Positions 10,333-29,344 of a stretch of 64,000 nucleotides of DNA are shown here, one piece after another (positions within the stretch are counted from its first letter, which is position 1; every line of letters starts with the position of its first letter). The stretch covers positions 4,576,001-4,640,000 of the forward strand of contig CBDCJH010000002.1 in the NCBI GenBank assembly GCA_965217775.1, written 5' to 3'. The translations under genes and the position numbers were made by a program. A model generated the notes under the pieces. That model saw only the letters and a list, made by a program, of their open reading frames with translations, did not search any database and was not told where the DNA came from. Origin of the DNA: Acidobacteriota bacterium. GTDB taxonomy: Bacteria; Acidobacteriota; UBA6911; RPQK01; JAJDTT01.

Positions 10333-10433
10333 TTCCTAACCGCCGGACTCCAGAGTAAGCGCAGGGCAAAGAAGAAAACCCGCGGAGGAGAATCGGGGAT
10401 TAGCGGAATGGGCGACTGGAAATCGCCCCTCCT
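10322..10433. repeat. REP pair (REPIN-like)
   Basis: GGAGCGGCGGTTTCCTAACCGCC ... GGGCGACTGGAAATCGCCCCTCCT. Confidence 0.8.
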
Positions 10434-10437
10434 GTTC

Positions 10438-11571
10438 ATGTTTTTCCAACCCCAAACGTTACCAGTATCAGTGGCCATTCCAGACGGGCGGGGGTTTCGT
10501 CCCCGCCGCATTGCACAGGCTCGAATCGGAAGGATCTCGACCCGGCAACTGTCTCTGTTCACGCGGCAGGTGTCGGTGATGTTGGGGGCGGGCGTCTCGT
10601 TGGTTTCGGCGCTGCAGAACCTGGCCCAACAGGAGGAGAACCGCGCCCTGGGGTCCACTCTGCGCCAGATCCGTTACGACGTGGAGTCCGGGTCGACTCT
10701 GGCCGCAGCACTGGAACGCCACCCCCGTGTCTTCGACCCTCTTTTCGTCAACATGGTCCGGGCGGGGGAGACGGGTGGATTTCTGGATACGGTGTTCAAG
10801 CGCCTCACCCGGTTCCTGGAAAAGAGGCTCCAGTGGCGCAAGGCGGTGCTCTCGGCCTCTCTCTATCCGTCGGTCGTCATCGTGACTTCGTTCCTGGTTC
10901 TGGGCGTCATCCTGGTCTGGGTGATCCCGGTCTTCGCGTCCCTCTTCGCCAATCTGGACGTCCCCCTCCCGTTGCCGACGCGGATGGTCATGGGAGCCAG
11001 CGGGTTCCTGAGCCGGTGGGGACTGCCCCTGAGCCTGGGGGCGGGGGCGGCGGCATTGTCGGGTGGATTCTACGTCCGCACGGCCAAGGGACGGATGTGG
11101 ATGGATCGATTGATCCTGGCGGCCCCGCTGGTGGGCTCGGTGACGACCCAACTCCTGACGGCCCGTTTCGCACGGACCCTTTCCACGCTCCTTTCCAGCG
11201 GAGTCCCCATCCTGGAAGCGATGGACCTGACGGCGCGAGCCCTGGGGAATGTCCGGTTTCAAGAGACGGTGCTGGCGCTCCGGCGTGAGGTCGAGTCGGG
11301 GAGCGCCTTGGCGGAACCATTCCGGCACAGCGGCCTCTTTCCCCAGATGGCGTCGGAGATCATCCGGATCGGGGAATTGACGGGCACATTGGACGACATG
11401 CTCCTGAAACTGGCCGTCTACTACGAGGAGGAGGCGGACACCAGCATCAACCGTTTTCTGGCGCTGCTGGAACCCATGATGATGTTGATCTTGGGCATCG
11501 TCGTCGGCGGCATGGTCCTGTCCATGTACCTGCCGATTTTCAGTCTGATGGGACGTTTGTCCCAGATGTAG
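10438..11571 (+). CDS. pilC: Type IV pilus platform protein (PilC/GspF)
   Basis: FTRQVSVMLGAGV, VNMVRAGETGG, ASLYP, FARTLSTLLSSGVPILEA, LLEP motifs; start uncertain. Confidence 0.9.
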   Translation: MFFQPQTLPVSVAIPDGRGFRPRRIAQARIGRISTRQLSLFTRQVSVMLGAGVSLVSALQNLAQQEENRALGSTLRQIRYDVESGSTLAAALERHPRVFDPLFVNMVRAGETGGFLDTVFKRLTRFLEKRLQWRKAVLSASLYPSVVIVTSFLVLGVILVWVIPVFASLFANLDVPLPLPTRMVMGASGFLSRWGLPLSLGAGAAALSGGFYVRTAKGRMWMDRLILAAPLVGSVTTQLLTARFARTLSTLLSSGVPILEAMDLTARALGNVRFQETVLALRREVESGSALAEPFRHSGLFPQMASEIIRIGELTGTLDDMLLKLAVYYEEEADTSINRFLALLEPMMMLILGIVVGGMVLSMYLPIFSLMGRLSQM

Positions 11572-11739
11572 GCCCGGAATGGGAAATTGTTCTCGTGGAT
11601 ACGCGGGCGGGGACGTTTCATACTATGCAAGGATGAAGCAGCAAGCGAGGATGAAATAACGATGCTCCATCGAACCAGGATCTTTCCGGTGTCCGACTGC
11701 GGAGACCGGATCCGAAAGGAGTCCGGCAGTTCCGACTCG

Positions 11740-12228
11740 ATGCCCTCTCACTCCCCCCGGAACGGAGCTGCCGGATTCTCTCTGATCGAACTCATGATCG
11801 TGGTGGCCGTCATCGGGATCATCTCCATTCTGGCGGTTCCCAATTTCATGAGCGCCCGGCTCTTCGCCAATGAGACCTCGGCCATCGCCTCCCTGCGGGT
11901 CACCGTCACCAGCGAGATCACGTATGCCTCCACCGTGGGAAACGGATCCTTTGCGAGCACGGAGGAACTCGTGGCGCAGGGACTCATCGACTCGGCTCTG
12001 GGGTCCGGCACCAAGGACGGCTACAACCTGACCCTGACGGCGGACGGTACCAGCGGATTCACGGTCACCGCCGTTCCCATCACGGTAGGATCGACCGGAC
12101 AGCGGGGATTCTACGCCGATCAGACCGGCGTGATCCGATACAGCGGCGACGGATCGGCTCCGACCGCGGCCAGTCCCGCATTGGGCACCGAAACCCCCGC
12201 AACAGAGGAAGAAACCGACTCAGATTAG
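11740..12228 (+). CDS. Type IV pilin-like protein
   Basis: Class III signal G|FSLIELMIVVAVIGIISILAVPNF; alternative start 11662. Confidence 0.85.
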   Translation: MPSHSPRNGAAGFSLIELMIVVAVIGIISILAVPNFMSARLFANETSAIASLRVTVTSEITYASTVGNGSFASTEELVAQGLIDSALGSGTKDGYNLTLTADGTSGFTVTAVPITVGSTGQRGFYADQTGVIRYSGDGSAPTAASPALGTETPATEEETDSD

Positions 12229-12277
12229 TGGCGGCTTTCTTGCCGCCGACTAGGGAGGATCAGGGGGGACGGAGTCC

Positions 12278-13644
12278 CATAAGAGCTAACCTGATTGCCT
12301 GACCACTGTCTTGTATAGTGTGGGCATGAGCCAAACGGTAGTAAAAGCGGCTACGAATGAGGACTGGAACCTGCTGGTGTCGTTTTTCCCAGCCAATTGG
12401 CTGGATCTGGCGGCCTCGACCGGAGCCCTGAAGGGCCTGCGCAAGGACAAGTCGCCGGAAAACCTGCTACGGACCCTGCTGATCCATCTCGGCTGCGGGC
12501 ATTCCTTGCGCGAAACCGTGGTGCGGGCCCGGCAAGCGAGCCTGGCCGATTTGTCCGACGTGGCCCTGCTCAAGCGGCTGCGGAAATCCCGCGAATGGCT
12601 CTACGCCCTCTGCCTGGAACTGTTCCGGGAGCATGGGATCGCGGTTTCCAAGAACGCCGGCTTCCAAGTGCGGGCGTTCGATGCGACGACCGTGCGCGAG
12701 CCCGGCCGGACCGGGTCGGTGTGGCGCCTTCACTACAGCGTCAACCTGCCTTCGCTCGGCTGCGATTTCTTCAAGCTGACCGCGACGCAGGGGCGCGGCA
12801 CCGGCGAGTCGTTCACGCAGTTCCCGATCCGGTCGGGCGATTACGTGCTGGCCGACCGCGGCTACTCGACTGCGGTCGGGATTCAGCACGTCGCGGCTGG
12901 CGGAGGGTACGTGACGGTGCGCGTGAACACCGGATCGCTGCTGCTGGAAACCGAGGCTGGCCAAGCGTTCGACCTGCTCGCAGCCGTGGAAACGCTGTCG
13001 CGACCGGGGCCTGTCGGTAGTTGGAGAGTCCGCACCGTGGCCCGGGCCGGGCCCCCCCTGGCGGGCCGGATCTGTGCGGTGCGCAAGACCGACGAAGCCA
13101 TCGAAGTCGCGCATGCCAAGATCCGCCGAACGGCTCAGCGCAAGGGCAAGCAGGTCCGGCCCGAAACCCTGCGGTTCGCGCGCTTCGTCATCGTTTTCAC
13201 AACCTACCCAGTGGAGAAATTCCCTGCGGCCGAGGTGCTGGAGTGGTACCGCCTGCGCTGGCAAGTCGAACTGGTCTTCAAGCGCTTCAAGTCCCTGGCG
13301 CAGCTCGGGCACCTGCCGAAGCACGATGAGGCAAGCGCCCAGGCCTGGTTGTACGGCAAGCTGCTGGTGGCGCTGCTGGTCGAAAAGGTGGTCCGCCATG
13401 CACGGACCATTTCTCCCTGGGGATACGACGTCGCGACCGGACAGGACTCCCAGCCCGTGGCGTGACTTCAAATTCGCATTGAACCAAGTCACGCGAGCCC
13501 GCGAGCCATCGAGCCGGCGTATTCCCTAAAACGCATGGTCGCGGAATGGAGCGAAATCTCGGCGTCCCTGGTAGAACCTCCACGGAGAAGGTCCGATCAC
13601 GTTGACAGCCACTTTTCGGGCCATTATTCAAGTTAGCTCTTATG
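12278..13644 (+). mobile_element. IS4-family insertion sequence, 1367 bp
   Basis: Terminal IRs CATAAGAGCTAACCTGA / CATAAGAGCTAACTTGA (16 of 17 match); 11-bp target duplication GGACGGAGTCC at 12267-12277 and 13645-13655. Confidence 0.93.
12326..13465 (+). CDS. IS4-family DDE transposase
   Basis: AFDATT, LADRGY, YRLRWQVELVFKRFKS (YREK motif). Confidence 0.92.
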   Translation: MSQTVVKAATNEDWNLLVSFFPANWLDLAASTGALKGLRKDKSPENLLRTLLIHLGCGHSLRETVVRARQASLADLSDVALLKRLRKSREWLYALCLELFREHGIAVSKNAGFQVRAFDATTVREPGRTGSVWRLHYSVNLPSLGCDFFKLTATQGRGTGESFTQFPIRSGDYVLADRGYSTAVGIQHVAAGGGYVTVRVNTGSLLLETEAGQAFDLLAAVETLSRPGPVGSWRVRTVARAGPPLAGRICAVRKTDEAIEVAHAKIRRTAQRKGKQVRPETLRFARFVIVFTTYPVEKFPAAEVLEWYRLRWQVELVFKRFKSLAQLGHLPKHDEASAQAWLYGKLLVALLVEKVVRHARTISPWGYDVATGQDSQPVA

Positions 13645-13701
13645 GGACGGAGTCCCCACTCTACACTTTCCGGCTACCGAATCGCGTAGTAATACATAAG
13701 A

Positions 13702-13780
13702 GTGGGCGACAAGAAAGTCGCCCCTCCAGTGGGCGACAGGAAAGTCGCCTCTCCAATGGGGGACAGGGATGTCCCCTCTT
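13702..13780. repeat. Three tandem REP-like hairpins downstream of rpoC
   Basis: GGGCGACAAGAAAGTCGCCCCTCC, GGGCGACAGGAAAGTCGCCTCTCC, GGGGGACAGGGATGTCCCCTC. Confidence 0.8.
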
Positions 13781-13785
13781 CGGCG

Positions 13786-18003
<4,218 letters not shown>

Positions 18004-18061
18004 AGCTTTCCTCCCAAACAGTGTCAGCGAACGCGCACCGGGACGCTCAGGCGTCCAGGGG

Positions 18062-22381
<4,320 letters not shown>

Positions 22382-22620
22382 GCGCAAAAACTCCCAGGTT
22401 GGTCCGGCCACACCCGGTCAACGGGAAACTTCTCCCGCGACCCAGCCGGCGATATGAAGAAATCCAGACATTGGAACGTGCTCGCCCCGCCGGCGAGAGA
22501 CACCTGAAACCCGGGCACCCGTGAGCCACCCCACATGCGCTGTGGGGTCGGGGTACCTCTTCGGTCCCGGGGGAGACCCTTGACCCGAGCCGCCGGTCCG
22601 CTCCCCCGACGGGACCGCTT

Positions 22621-22998
22621 CTACTTGAGCTCGATGGTCGCGCCAGCGTCCTCGAAGAGCTTCTTGATCTTCTCGGCTTCTCCCTTGTCCACGGCTTCGC
22701 GAACCGCCTTGGGAGCACTCTCCACCAAGTCCTTGGCTTCCTTCAATCCCAAAGTGGTGACTTGGCGGACCACCTTGATGACATTGATCTTCTTGGCTCC
22801 GTAGGAGGTGAGGACCACGTCGAACTCGGTCTGCTCCTCGACGGCCTCGGCTGCGGCCCCCGGACCGGCAGCGGCGACGGGAGCCGCCACGGCGGCGCTG
22901 ATCCCGAATTTCTCCTCCATGTCCTTGACGAGCTGATTGATCTCGAGGATTGACGCGTTGCCAACCCACTCCAGAATTTGTGCACTGGTAATGGACAT
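22621..22998 (-). CDS. rplL: 50S ribosomal protein L7/L12
   Basis: [29 protein letters not shown]. Confidence 0.98.
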   Translation of the reverse strand: MSITSAQILEWVGNASILEINQLVKDMEEKFGISAAVAAPVAAAGPGAAAEAVEEQTEFDVVLTSYGAKKINVIKVVRQVTTLGLKEAKDLVESAPKAVREAVDKGEAEKIKKLFEDAGATIELK

Positions 22999-23040
22999 CT
23001 CTCTTTAACCTCCAATGAGGGACCTGACGGTCCTTTCCGA

Positions 23041-23562
23041 TTACGCTTCCTCTTTCTGCTCGACGACCTGCGTCAACAGCGACCCCAACTGGGTGAGAGG
23101 GGACTGCAGGGTGCTGGCGAGGCGAGTCAGCGGCGCATTGAACAAAAAGGCAACCTTGGCCAGGAGCTCTTCGCGCGAGGGCATGTCGGCCAGTTCCGCC
23201 ACTTGGCCGGCCGGCACGGCTTGCCCTGCAACCACTCCCGACTTGAATTTCATGCCCGGATGGGAATCGGCGAATTCCTTGAGGACCTTGGCCAGCGAGG
23301 TGGGATCCGAATCCGAGAAGGCCACTGCGGTGGGCCCTTGGAAATCGTCGTTCAACTGGTTGACGGGGGTCTCTTCGGCGGCGCGGATGGCCAGGGTGTT
23401 CTTGACCACCCGGTAACCGTTGCCCGACTCCCTGATCTGCCTCCGCAACGCGGTCAGATCCGGAACGTTGATTTCCGAGAACGTCAACAGCAGAACGGTC
23501 TGATTCTGCTGGAAGGTCTGCCTGAGTGCCTCGATGATCTGTCTTTTTTCGTCCCGTGTCAC
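23041..23562 (-). CDS. rplJ: 50S ribosomal protein L10
   Basis: VVKNTLA, GPTAVAF, MPSREELLA; lies between rplA and rplL. Confidence 0.96.
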   Translation of the reverse strand: MTRDEKRQIIEALRQTFQQNQTVLLLTFSEINVPDLTALRRQIRESGNGYRVVKNTLAIRAAEETPVNQLNDDFQGPTAVAFSDSDPTSLAKVLKEFADSHPGMKFKSGVVAGQAVPAGQVAELADMPSREELLAKVAFLFNAPLTRLASTLQSPLTQLGSLLTQVVEQKEEA

Positions 23563-23584
23563 TGCAATCTGCCTCTTCCTTCAG

Positions 23585-23660
23585 GCGGGGTCCCGCGGGA
23601 TCCGATCCGGGCCGCCGGTGCCGCCGGACGACCCGGTCCGGCGCCTGCGGCCTGGGGCTC
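23585..23660 (-). promoter_or_regulatory. Possible L10 leader RNA
   Basis: Structured rplA-rplJ intergenic stem (GGCCGCAGG...CCCGCGGG) at the expected position; not verified with a covariance model. Confidence 0.4.
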
Positions 23661-23664
23661 GCCC

Positions 23665-24354
23665 CTACGTCACCTCCACACGGTTGGCGTCCACCTTCAC
23701 CCCGGGACTCATGGTGGACGAAAGGTAGACGGTCCTGAGGTACCGTCCCTTGGCCGCCGCCGGCCGGGCCCGAACCACCGCCGTGATCAGGCTGCGGGCG
23801 TTGTTGACCAAATGGTCGGCGGAGAATGAAATCTGCCCCAAGGGGGCATGGATGACGCCGTTCTTGTCCACCCGGAACTCCACCTTTCCGGCTTTGATCT
23901 CCTGCACGGCATGGCTCACGTCGAAGGTCACGGTGCCCGCCTTGGGATTGGGCATCATTCCCCGGGGACCCAGGATTCTCCCCAGTCTCCCCACCAGCTT
24001 CATCATGTCGGGGGTGGCCACCACGGCGTCGAAGTCGAGCCAACCCTTCTGAATGCGCTCCACGATCTCGTCGCCGCCCACATGGTCGGCGCCGGCTTCC
24101 TCCGCCTCCTTCACTCGCTCTCCCGAGGCGATCACGCAGACCGTCAGCGCCTTGCCCAGACCGTGGGGCAGCACCACCGTGCCCCGGACCATCTGGTCCG
24201 CGTGGCGGGGATCGACGCCGAGACGGAGTGCAATCTCCAAGGTCTCGTCGAACCTGGTGAACTTGATCCGCTGCAGGAGTGGGATCGCGTCCTCCAGCGA
24301 GTATTCCCGGGGTTCGACCTTCTGCTTCGCTTCCAGGTATTTTTTTCCCGCCAT
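23665..24354 (-). CDS. rplA: 50S ribosomal protein L1
   Basis: [25 protein letters not shown]. Confidence 0.98.
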   Translation of the reverse strand: MAGKKYLEAKQKVEPREYSLEDAIPLLQRIKFTRFDETLEIALRLGVDPRHADQMVRGTVVLPHGLGKALTVCVIASGERVKEAEEAGADHVGGDEIVERIQKGWLDFDAVVATPDMMKLVGRLGRILGPRGMMPNPKAGTVTFDVSHAVQEIKAGKVEFRVDKNGVIHAPLGQISFSADHLVNNARSLITAVVRARPAAAKGRYLRTVYLSSTMSPGVKVDANRVEVT

Positions 24355-24369
24355 CCGGAGTGCTCCTGA

Positions 24370-24810
24370 CTATTGACTGACCTCGACTCCCATGCTCCGA
24401 GCCGTTCCCAGGATGATCCGCTTGGCCGCCTCCATGTCGCCGGCGTTCAAATCGGGCATCTTGACCTGGGCGATCTCTTCCACCTGCTCCATGGTCACTT
24501 GGGCGACCTTGCTCTTATTGGGCTCCGGCGAGCCCTTGGCGATTCCGGCGGCGCGTTTCAACAGGACCGCGGCCGGAGGCGTCTTGGTGATGAAGCTGTA
24601 GCTCCGGTCGTGGTACACCGTGATGACCACGGGAATGATCAACCCTTCGTCGGAGCTGGTCTTGGCGTTGAAGGCCTTGCAGAAATCCATGATGTTGACG
24701 CCCTGCTGGCCCAGGGCCGGCCCCACCGGGGGAGCCGGAGTCGCCTTGCCGGCCGGGATCTGGAGCTTGACCATTCCGATGACCCGCTTGCCTCTGGTGC
24801 GTCTGGGCAT
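24370..24810 (-). CDS. rplK: 50S ribosomal protein L11
   Basis: [26 protein letters not shown]. Confidence 0.98.
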   Translation of the reverse strand: MPRRTRGKRVIGMVKLQIPAGKATPAPPVGPALGQQGVNIMDFCKAFNAKTSSDEGLIIPVVITVYHDRSYSFITKTPPAAVLLKRAAGIAKGSPEPNKSKVAQVTMEQVEEIAQVKMPDLNAGDMEAAKRIILGTARSMGVEVSQ

Positions 24811-24835
24811 TTATTTCTCCTATGCGTTGAGGAGT

Positions 24836-24970
24836 CCGGCGACAACAAAGTCGCTGCTCCCGGACGGCGGCAAGAAAGCCGCCCGTCCCAGTCGGCGACA
24901 AGAAAGTCGCCGCTCCAAGACGGCGGCTGGAAACCGCCGCTCCTTCCGGCGGCTGGAAACCGCCGCTCCT
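24836..24970. repeat. REP cluster between nusG and rplK
   Basis: Five hairpins of the GGCGRCAAGAAAGYCGCC and GGCGGCTGGAAACCGCC types; the last abuts the nusG stop. Confidence 0.85.
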
Positions 24971-25524
24971 CAAAGCTTTTCGACTTGTATGAACTCCAAT
25001 TCCACGGGGGTCGGCCTTCCGAAGATGGTCACCATGACCTTCAAGGTGCTCCGCTCCACGTTCACGTCGTCGACTTCTCCGGTGAAATTGGAGAACGGAC
25101 CGTCGATGATCTTGACCAAGTCGTCCTTTTCGAACATGAACTTGGGCTTGGGCTTCTCGGCGGCCGTCGACACCCTCTGAACCACCTGGTTGACCTCTTC
25201 CTCGGTCAGGGGAGTCGGCTTGTTCCCCTGGCTGACAAAGCCGCTCACCTTGGGCGTGTTGCGCACCAGGTGCCAGGTTTCGTCCGTCAGTTCCATCTCC
25301 ACCAGGATGTACCCGGGAAAAAAGAGCTTGGAGGTGACGACCTTCTTGCCGCCGCGCATCTCCACCACGTCTTCGGTGGGTATCAGGATCTGACCGATCA
25401 TTCCCTGCAGACCGTAGGCCTGCACCCGGTTCATGAGGCCCTCGGCCACCTTCCGCTCGAAGCCGGAATAGGTGTGGATGATGTACCACTTCTTCCGGAG
25501 TACGGATTCGCCCGAGACACCCAT
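24970..25524 (-). CDS. nusG: Transcription elongation factor NusG
   Basis: WYIIHTYSGFE, FFPGYILVEM, KOW motif DGPFSNFTG, IFGRPTPVEL. Confidence 0.98.
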   Translation of the reverse strand: MGVSGESVLRKKWYIIHTYSGFERKVAEGLMNRVQAYGLQGMIGQILIPTEDVVEMRGGKKVVTSKLFFPGYILVEMELTDETWHLVRNTPKVSGFVSQGNKPTPLTEEEVNQVVQRVSTAAEKPKPKFMFEKDDLVKIIDGPFSNFTGEVDDVNVERSTLKVMVTIFGRPTPVELEFIQVEKL

Positions 25525-25624
25525 GGAATCCTCCAACGGCGAACCCTCCTTCCTTCTTGTTGTCGCGGAGCCGATCGGCGCGCTCCGCAGCGCCCCGGAC
25601 CTGCCTCCGGGGAAAGCGCTTCGG

Positions 25625-25840
25625 TTACCGGAAAAACTCGAAAACCCTGTCCACGAGGTTGCTCAGAATCATGTCCACGAAGAAGAGATAGAACCCGAAG
25701 AAGAAGACGCTGATCAGCACCACCGTCGTGGTCCCGTAGACCTCGTTGCGGCCGGGCCAAGTGACCTTTCGCAACTCCCTCCTCACGTCATAGTAGAAGC
25801 TCTTCAACCTCCCGGGAGCACTCGCAAGTTTTTCCAACAT
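25625..25840 (-). CDS. secE: Preprotein translocase subunit SecE
   Basis: ELRKVTWP motif plus one TM; upstream of nusG. Confidence 0.95.
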   Translation of the reverse strand: MLEKLASAPGRLKSFYYDVRRELRKVTWPGRNEVYGTTTVVLISVFFFGFYLFFVDMILSNLVDRVFEFFR

Positions 25841-25877
25841 GACGGTTCCGGACCACAGCCGCGCAGGGTCCCCAAAT

Positions 25878-25955
25878 TGGCAGGCCAGGAGGGAATCGAA
25901 CCCCCAACATCCGGTTTTGGAGACCGGCGCTCTACCAACTTTGAGCTACTGGCCT
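25878..25955 (-). tRNA. tRNA-Trp(CCA)
   Basis: Cloverleaf, anticodon CCA, TTCGA T-loop, encoded 3' CCA. Confidence 0.95.
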
Positions 25956-25967
25956 ATCGAAAATCAT

Positions 25968-26117
25968 TTATCGCGCCTCGCGGTGGGCCACGTGGCGACG
26001 ACACCAACTGCAATATTTTCTCAGCTCGAGCCGCCCGCGCTGAGTCTTCTTGTTCTTGGTCGTATTATAGTTTTTCCGGTTGCACGCGGTGCATCGGAGG
26101 ATGATGATATCGCGCAT
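25968..26117 (-). CDS. rpmG: 50S ribosomal protein L33 (Zn-binding type)
   Basis: Manual translation [49 protein letters not shown]. Confidence 0.95.
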   Translation of the reverse strand: MRDIIILRCTACNRKNYNTTKNKKTQRGRLELRKYCSWCRRHVAHREAR

Positions 26118-26121
26118 CGGC

Positions 26122-27309
<1,188 letters not shown>

Positions 27310-27347
27310 GATGGAACTCCTGAATTAGCCTTGACTGTCAGTTGGAA

Positions 27348-27419
<72 letters not shown>

Positions 27420-27459
27420 ACATACCCGTCTCGCCGGCTGTTGTCCACGAAGCCACTGT

Positions 27460-27535
27460 TGGAGCGGGAGACGGGACTCGAACCCGCGACCGATAGCTTG
27501 GAAGGCTATTACTCTACCAACTGAGTTACTCCCGC
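27460..27535 (-). tRNA. tRNA-Gly(TCC)
   Basis: GCGGGAG acceptor stem, anticodon arm TAGCCTTCCAAGCTA, encoded CCA. Confidence 0.95.
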
Positions 27536-27599
27536 CCTCCACCGTATGCGAAAAACCCGAGTCCGTTCTTTCTGGATCCATGGAGGGCGGCTACTGGTC

Positions 27600-27684
27600 T
27601 GGAGGGGGCAGGATTCGAACCTGCGTAGCCCCGAAGGGCGACGGGTTTACAGCCCGTTGCCTTTGTCCACTCGACCACCCCTCC
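27600..27684 (-). tRNA. tRNA-Tyr(GTA)
   Basis: Anticodon arm GGGCTGTAAACCC, long variable arm. Confidence 0.93.
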
Positions 27685-27893
27685 TCATTGCGATCGGGGA
27701 ATTCCTGATCCCCATCCGCCCCGACGTGTCGCTCCTGCCAGTGCACCCTACCTTCCTGCAAAGCAGCCTCATTGCCAGGGAGGATACGGGAAGTGCCAAA
27801 TTATACGCACTTCGGGTGATGGATTCAAACAGAAAATGGGACGACCTCGAGCCGCCGGTCGCGCCACCCGGGCTTGCGTTTATGGAAAGGGAG

Positions 27894-27965
27894 AGCTGGC
27901 GAAGGGAATCGAACCCCCAACCTACTGATTACAAATCAGTTGCTCTACCCTTGAGCTACGCCAGC
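27894..27965 (-). tRNA. tRNA-Thr(TGT)
   Basis: Anticodon arm CTGATTTGTAATCAG; canonical Thr-Tyr-Gly-Thr-tuf order. Confidence 0.94.
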
Positions 27966-28075
27966 TCGGAACGCTACGGCCGTGGAGGCACGGCAGAGGG
28001 GAACACTATCACAATTCGGTGAAACGACAATCGGCGATGGCTGAGGGGAAATATCAGGTTTCAAAGTGTAGAGTT

Positions 28076-29323
28076 TTAAAGTGTAGAGGGGGGACTGTCG
28101 CCCCCTCTAGACCCCCCTTTTCGGCGGCTGGAAACCGCCGCTCCTTTCGGCGGCTGGAAACCGCTGCTCCTTTCGGCGGCTGGAAACCGCCGCTCCATGT
28201 CCCCGAAGGCCAGGCGGTAGGCGGAGATTCGGAAGCGGAAGAGGTGGCGGCAGAATTCCAGGTCGCCGATCTTGCGGGTGGAACGGATCCGGCGGCGTCT
28301 GCGTAGCATCGGGCCCGCCCCGGCCAGGGCGTCCCGATAGGCCCGGACCTGCACCCGGAGCAGGAGCCACAGGGAGCCTTCCCGGCGGAAGTTGCCGGCG
28401 GGCCCCCGGCGGAGCAGCGCTGCACAGAGGTTCCAGGCCAAGCGATAGATGGAGAAGATGGGGTTCAGGAGAAGGAGGGGGAGGGGGAAGTTCTTGAGCG
28501 CCAGCCAGAGCCGGTTCCGCTCCACCCAGTAGATCTTCCGGGGAGAGTAGGGGCCCAGGGTCGAGGAGTGATGGTGGTGCACCACCGCTCCGGGCACATA
28601 GAGGCAACGCCAACCCAGCCAGCGGGCCCGGAGCCCCAGGTCGGCGTCCTCCGCGTAGGCGAAGAAGCTCTCGTCGAAGCCGCCGACCTCTTCCAGAACC
28701 TGCTTGCGGTACAGAGCGGCACAGCCGTCGGCCGCGAGGACTTCTTGCGTCGCGTCGTACTGACCCCGGTCGCGTTCGCCGGTTCCCCGGCCCCGGTTCT
28801 GCCCGTCCGGAAAAATCACGTGCCCCGCCTTGTCGATGACGTCGGACCCGTGGAAGAGGATCTTGGAGGCCCACATGCCCACCTCCGGCGAGGCGCCGAT
28901 CCCGGACACCAGTCGTTCGATCCATTCCGGAGACGCCACGGCGTCGTTGTTCAGCAGAGCCACCAGATCGCCCCGGGCCTGGCGGACTCCCAGGTTGACG
29001 GCGGCGGCGAAACCTCGATTCTCAGGGAGGGACAGAAGACGCACCCCATGGCCGGCAAAGGAGGTGACGACGTCCGTGCTGTGGTCCCGGGATCCGTTGT
29101 CGACCACCAGGATCTCAAGCCGGGGCCAAGTCTGGTCCAGGAGCGATTGCAAGCAGGCACGGAGCAGCGCGGCGCGGCCGTAATTCACCACGACGACGGA
29201 AACAAGTTTCCTATTGCGGTCTGGAGAATCGGCGACAAGAAAGTCGCCGCAATCCGGCGGCAAGAAAGGCGCCGCTCCCAATCGGCGGCAAGAAAGCCGC
29301 CGCTCCTGCCGGCCAACTGTCAT
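28076..29323 (-). CDS. GT2 glycosyltransferase (rhamnosyltransferase-like); both termini read through REP repeats
   Basis: VSVVVVNYG, VVDNGS, LLNNDA, GGFDESFFAYAEDADLG; true start uncertain. Confidence 0.85.
   Translation of the reverse strand: MTVGRQERRLSCRRLGAAPFLPPDCGDFLVADSPDRNRKLVSVVVVNYGRAALLRACLQSLLDQTWPRLEILVVDNGSRDHSTDVVTSFAGHGVRLLSLPENRGFAAAVNLGVRQARGDLVALLNNDAVASPEWIERLVSGIGASPEVGMWASKILFHGSDVIDKAGHVIFPDGQNRGRGTGERDRGQYDATQEVLAADGCAALYRKQVLEEVGGFDESFFAYAEDADLGLRARWLGWRCLYVPGAVVHHHHSSTLGPYSPRKIYWVERNRLWLALKNFPLPLLLLNPIFSIYRLAWNLCAALLRRGPAGNFRREGSLWLLLRVQVRAYRDALAGAGPMLRRRRRIRSTRKIGDLEFCRHLFRFRISAYRLAFGDMERRFPAAERSSGFQPPKGAAVSSRRKGGSRGGDSPPSTL
28121..28197. repeat. Three tandem REP hairpins inside the GT2 3' end
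   Basis: TCGGCGGCTGGAAACCGCYGCTCC x3. Confidence 0.85.
29228..29307. repeat. REP cluster
   Basis: GGCGACAAGAAAGTCGCC, GGCGGCAAGAAAGGCGCC, GGCGGCAAGAAAGCCGCCGCTCCT. Confidence 0.85.
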
Positions 29324-29344
29324 GGACCCGGAATGCCAGGGGGC

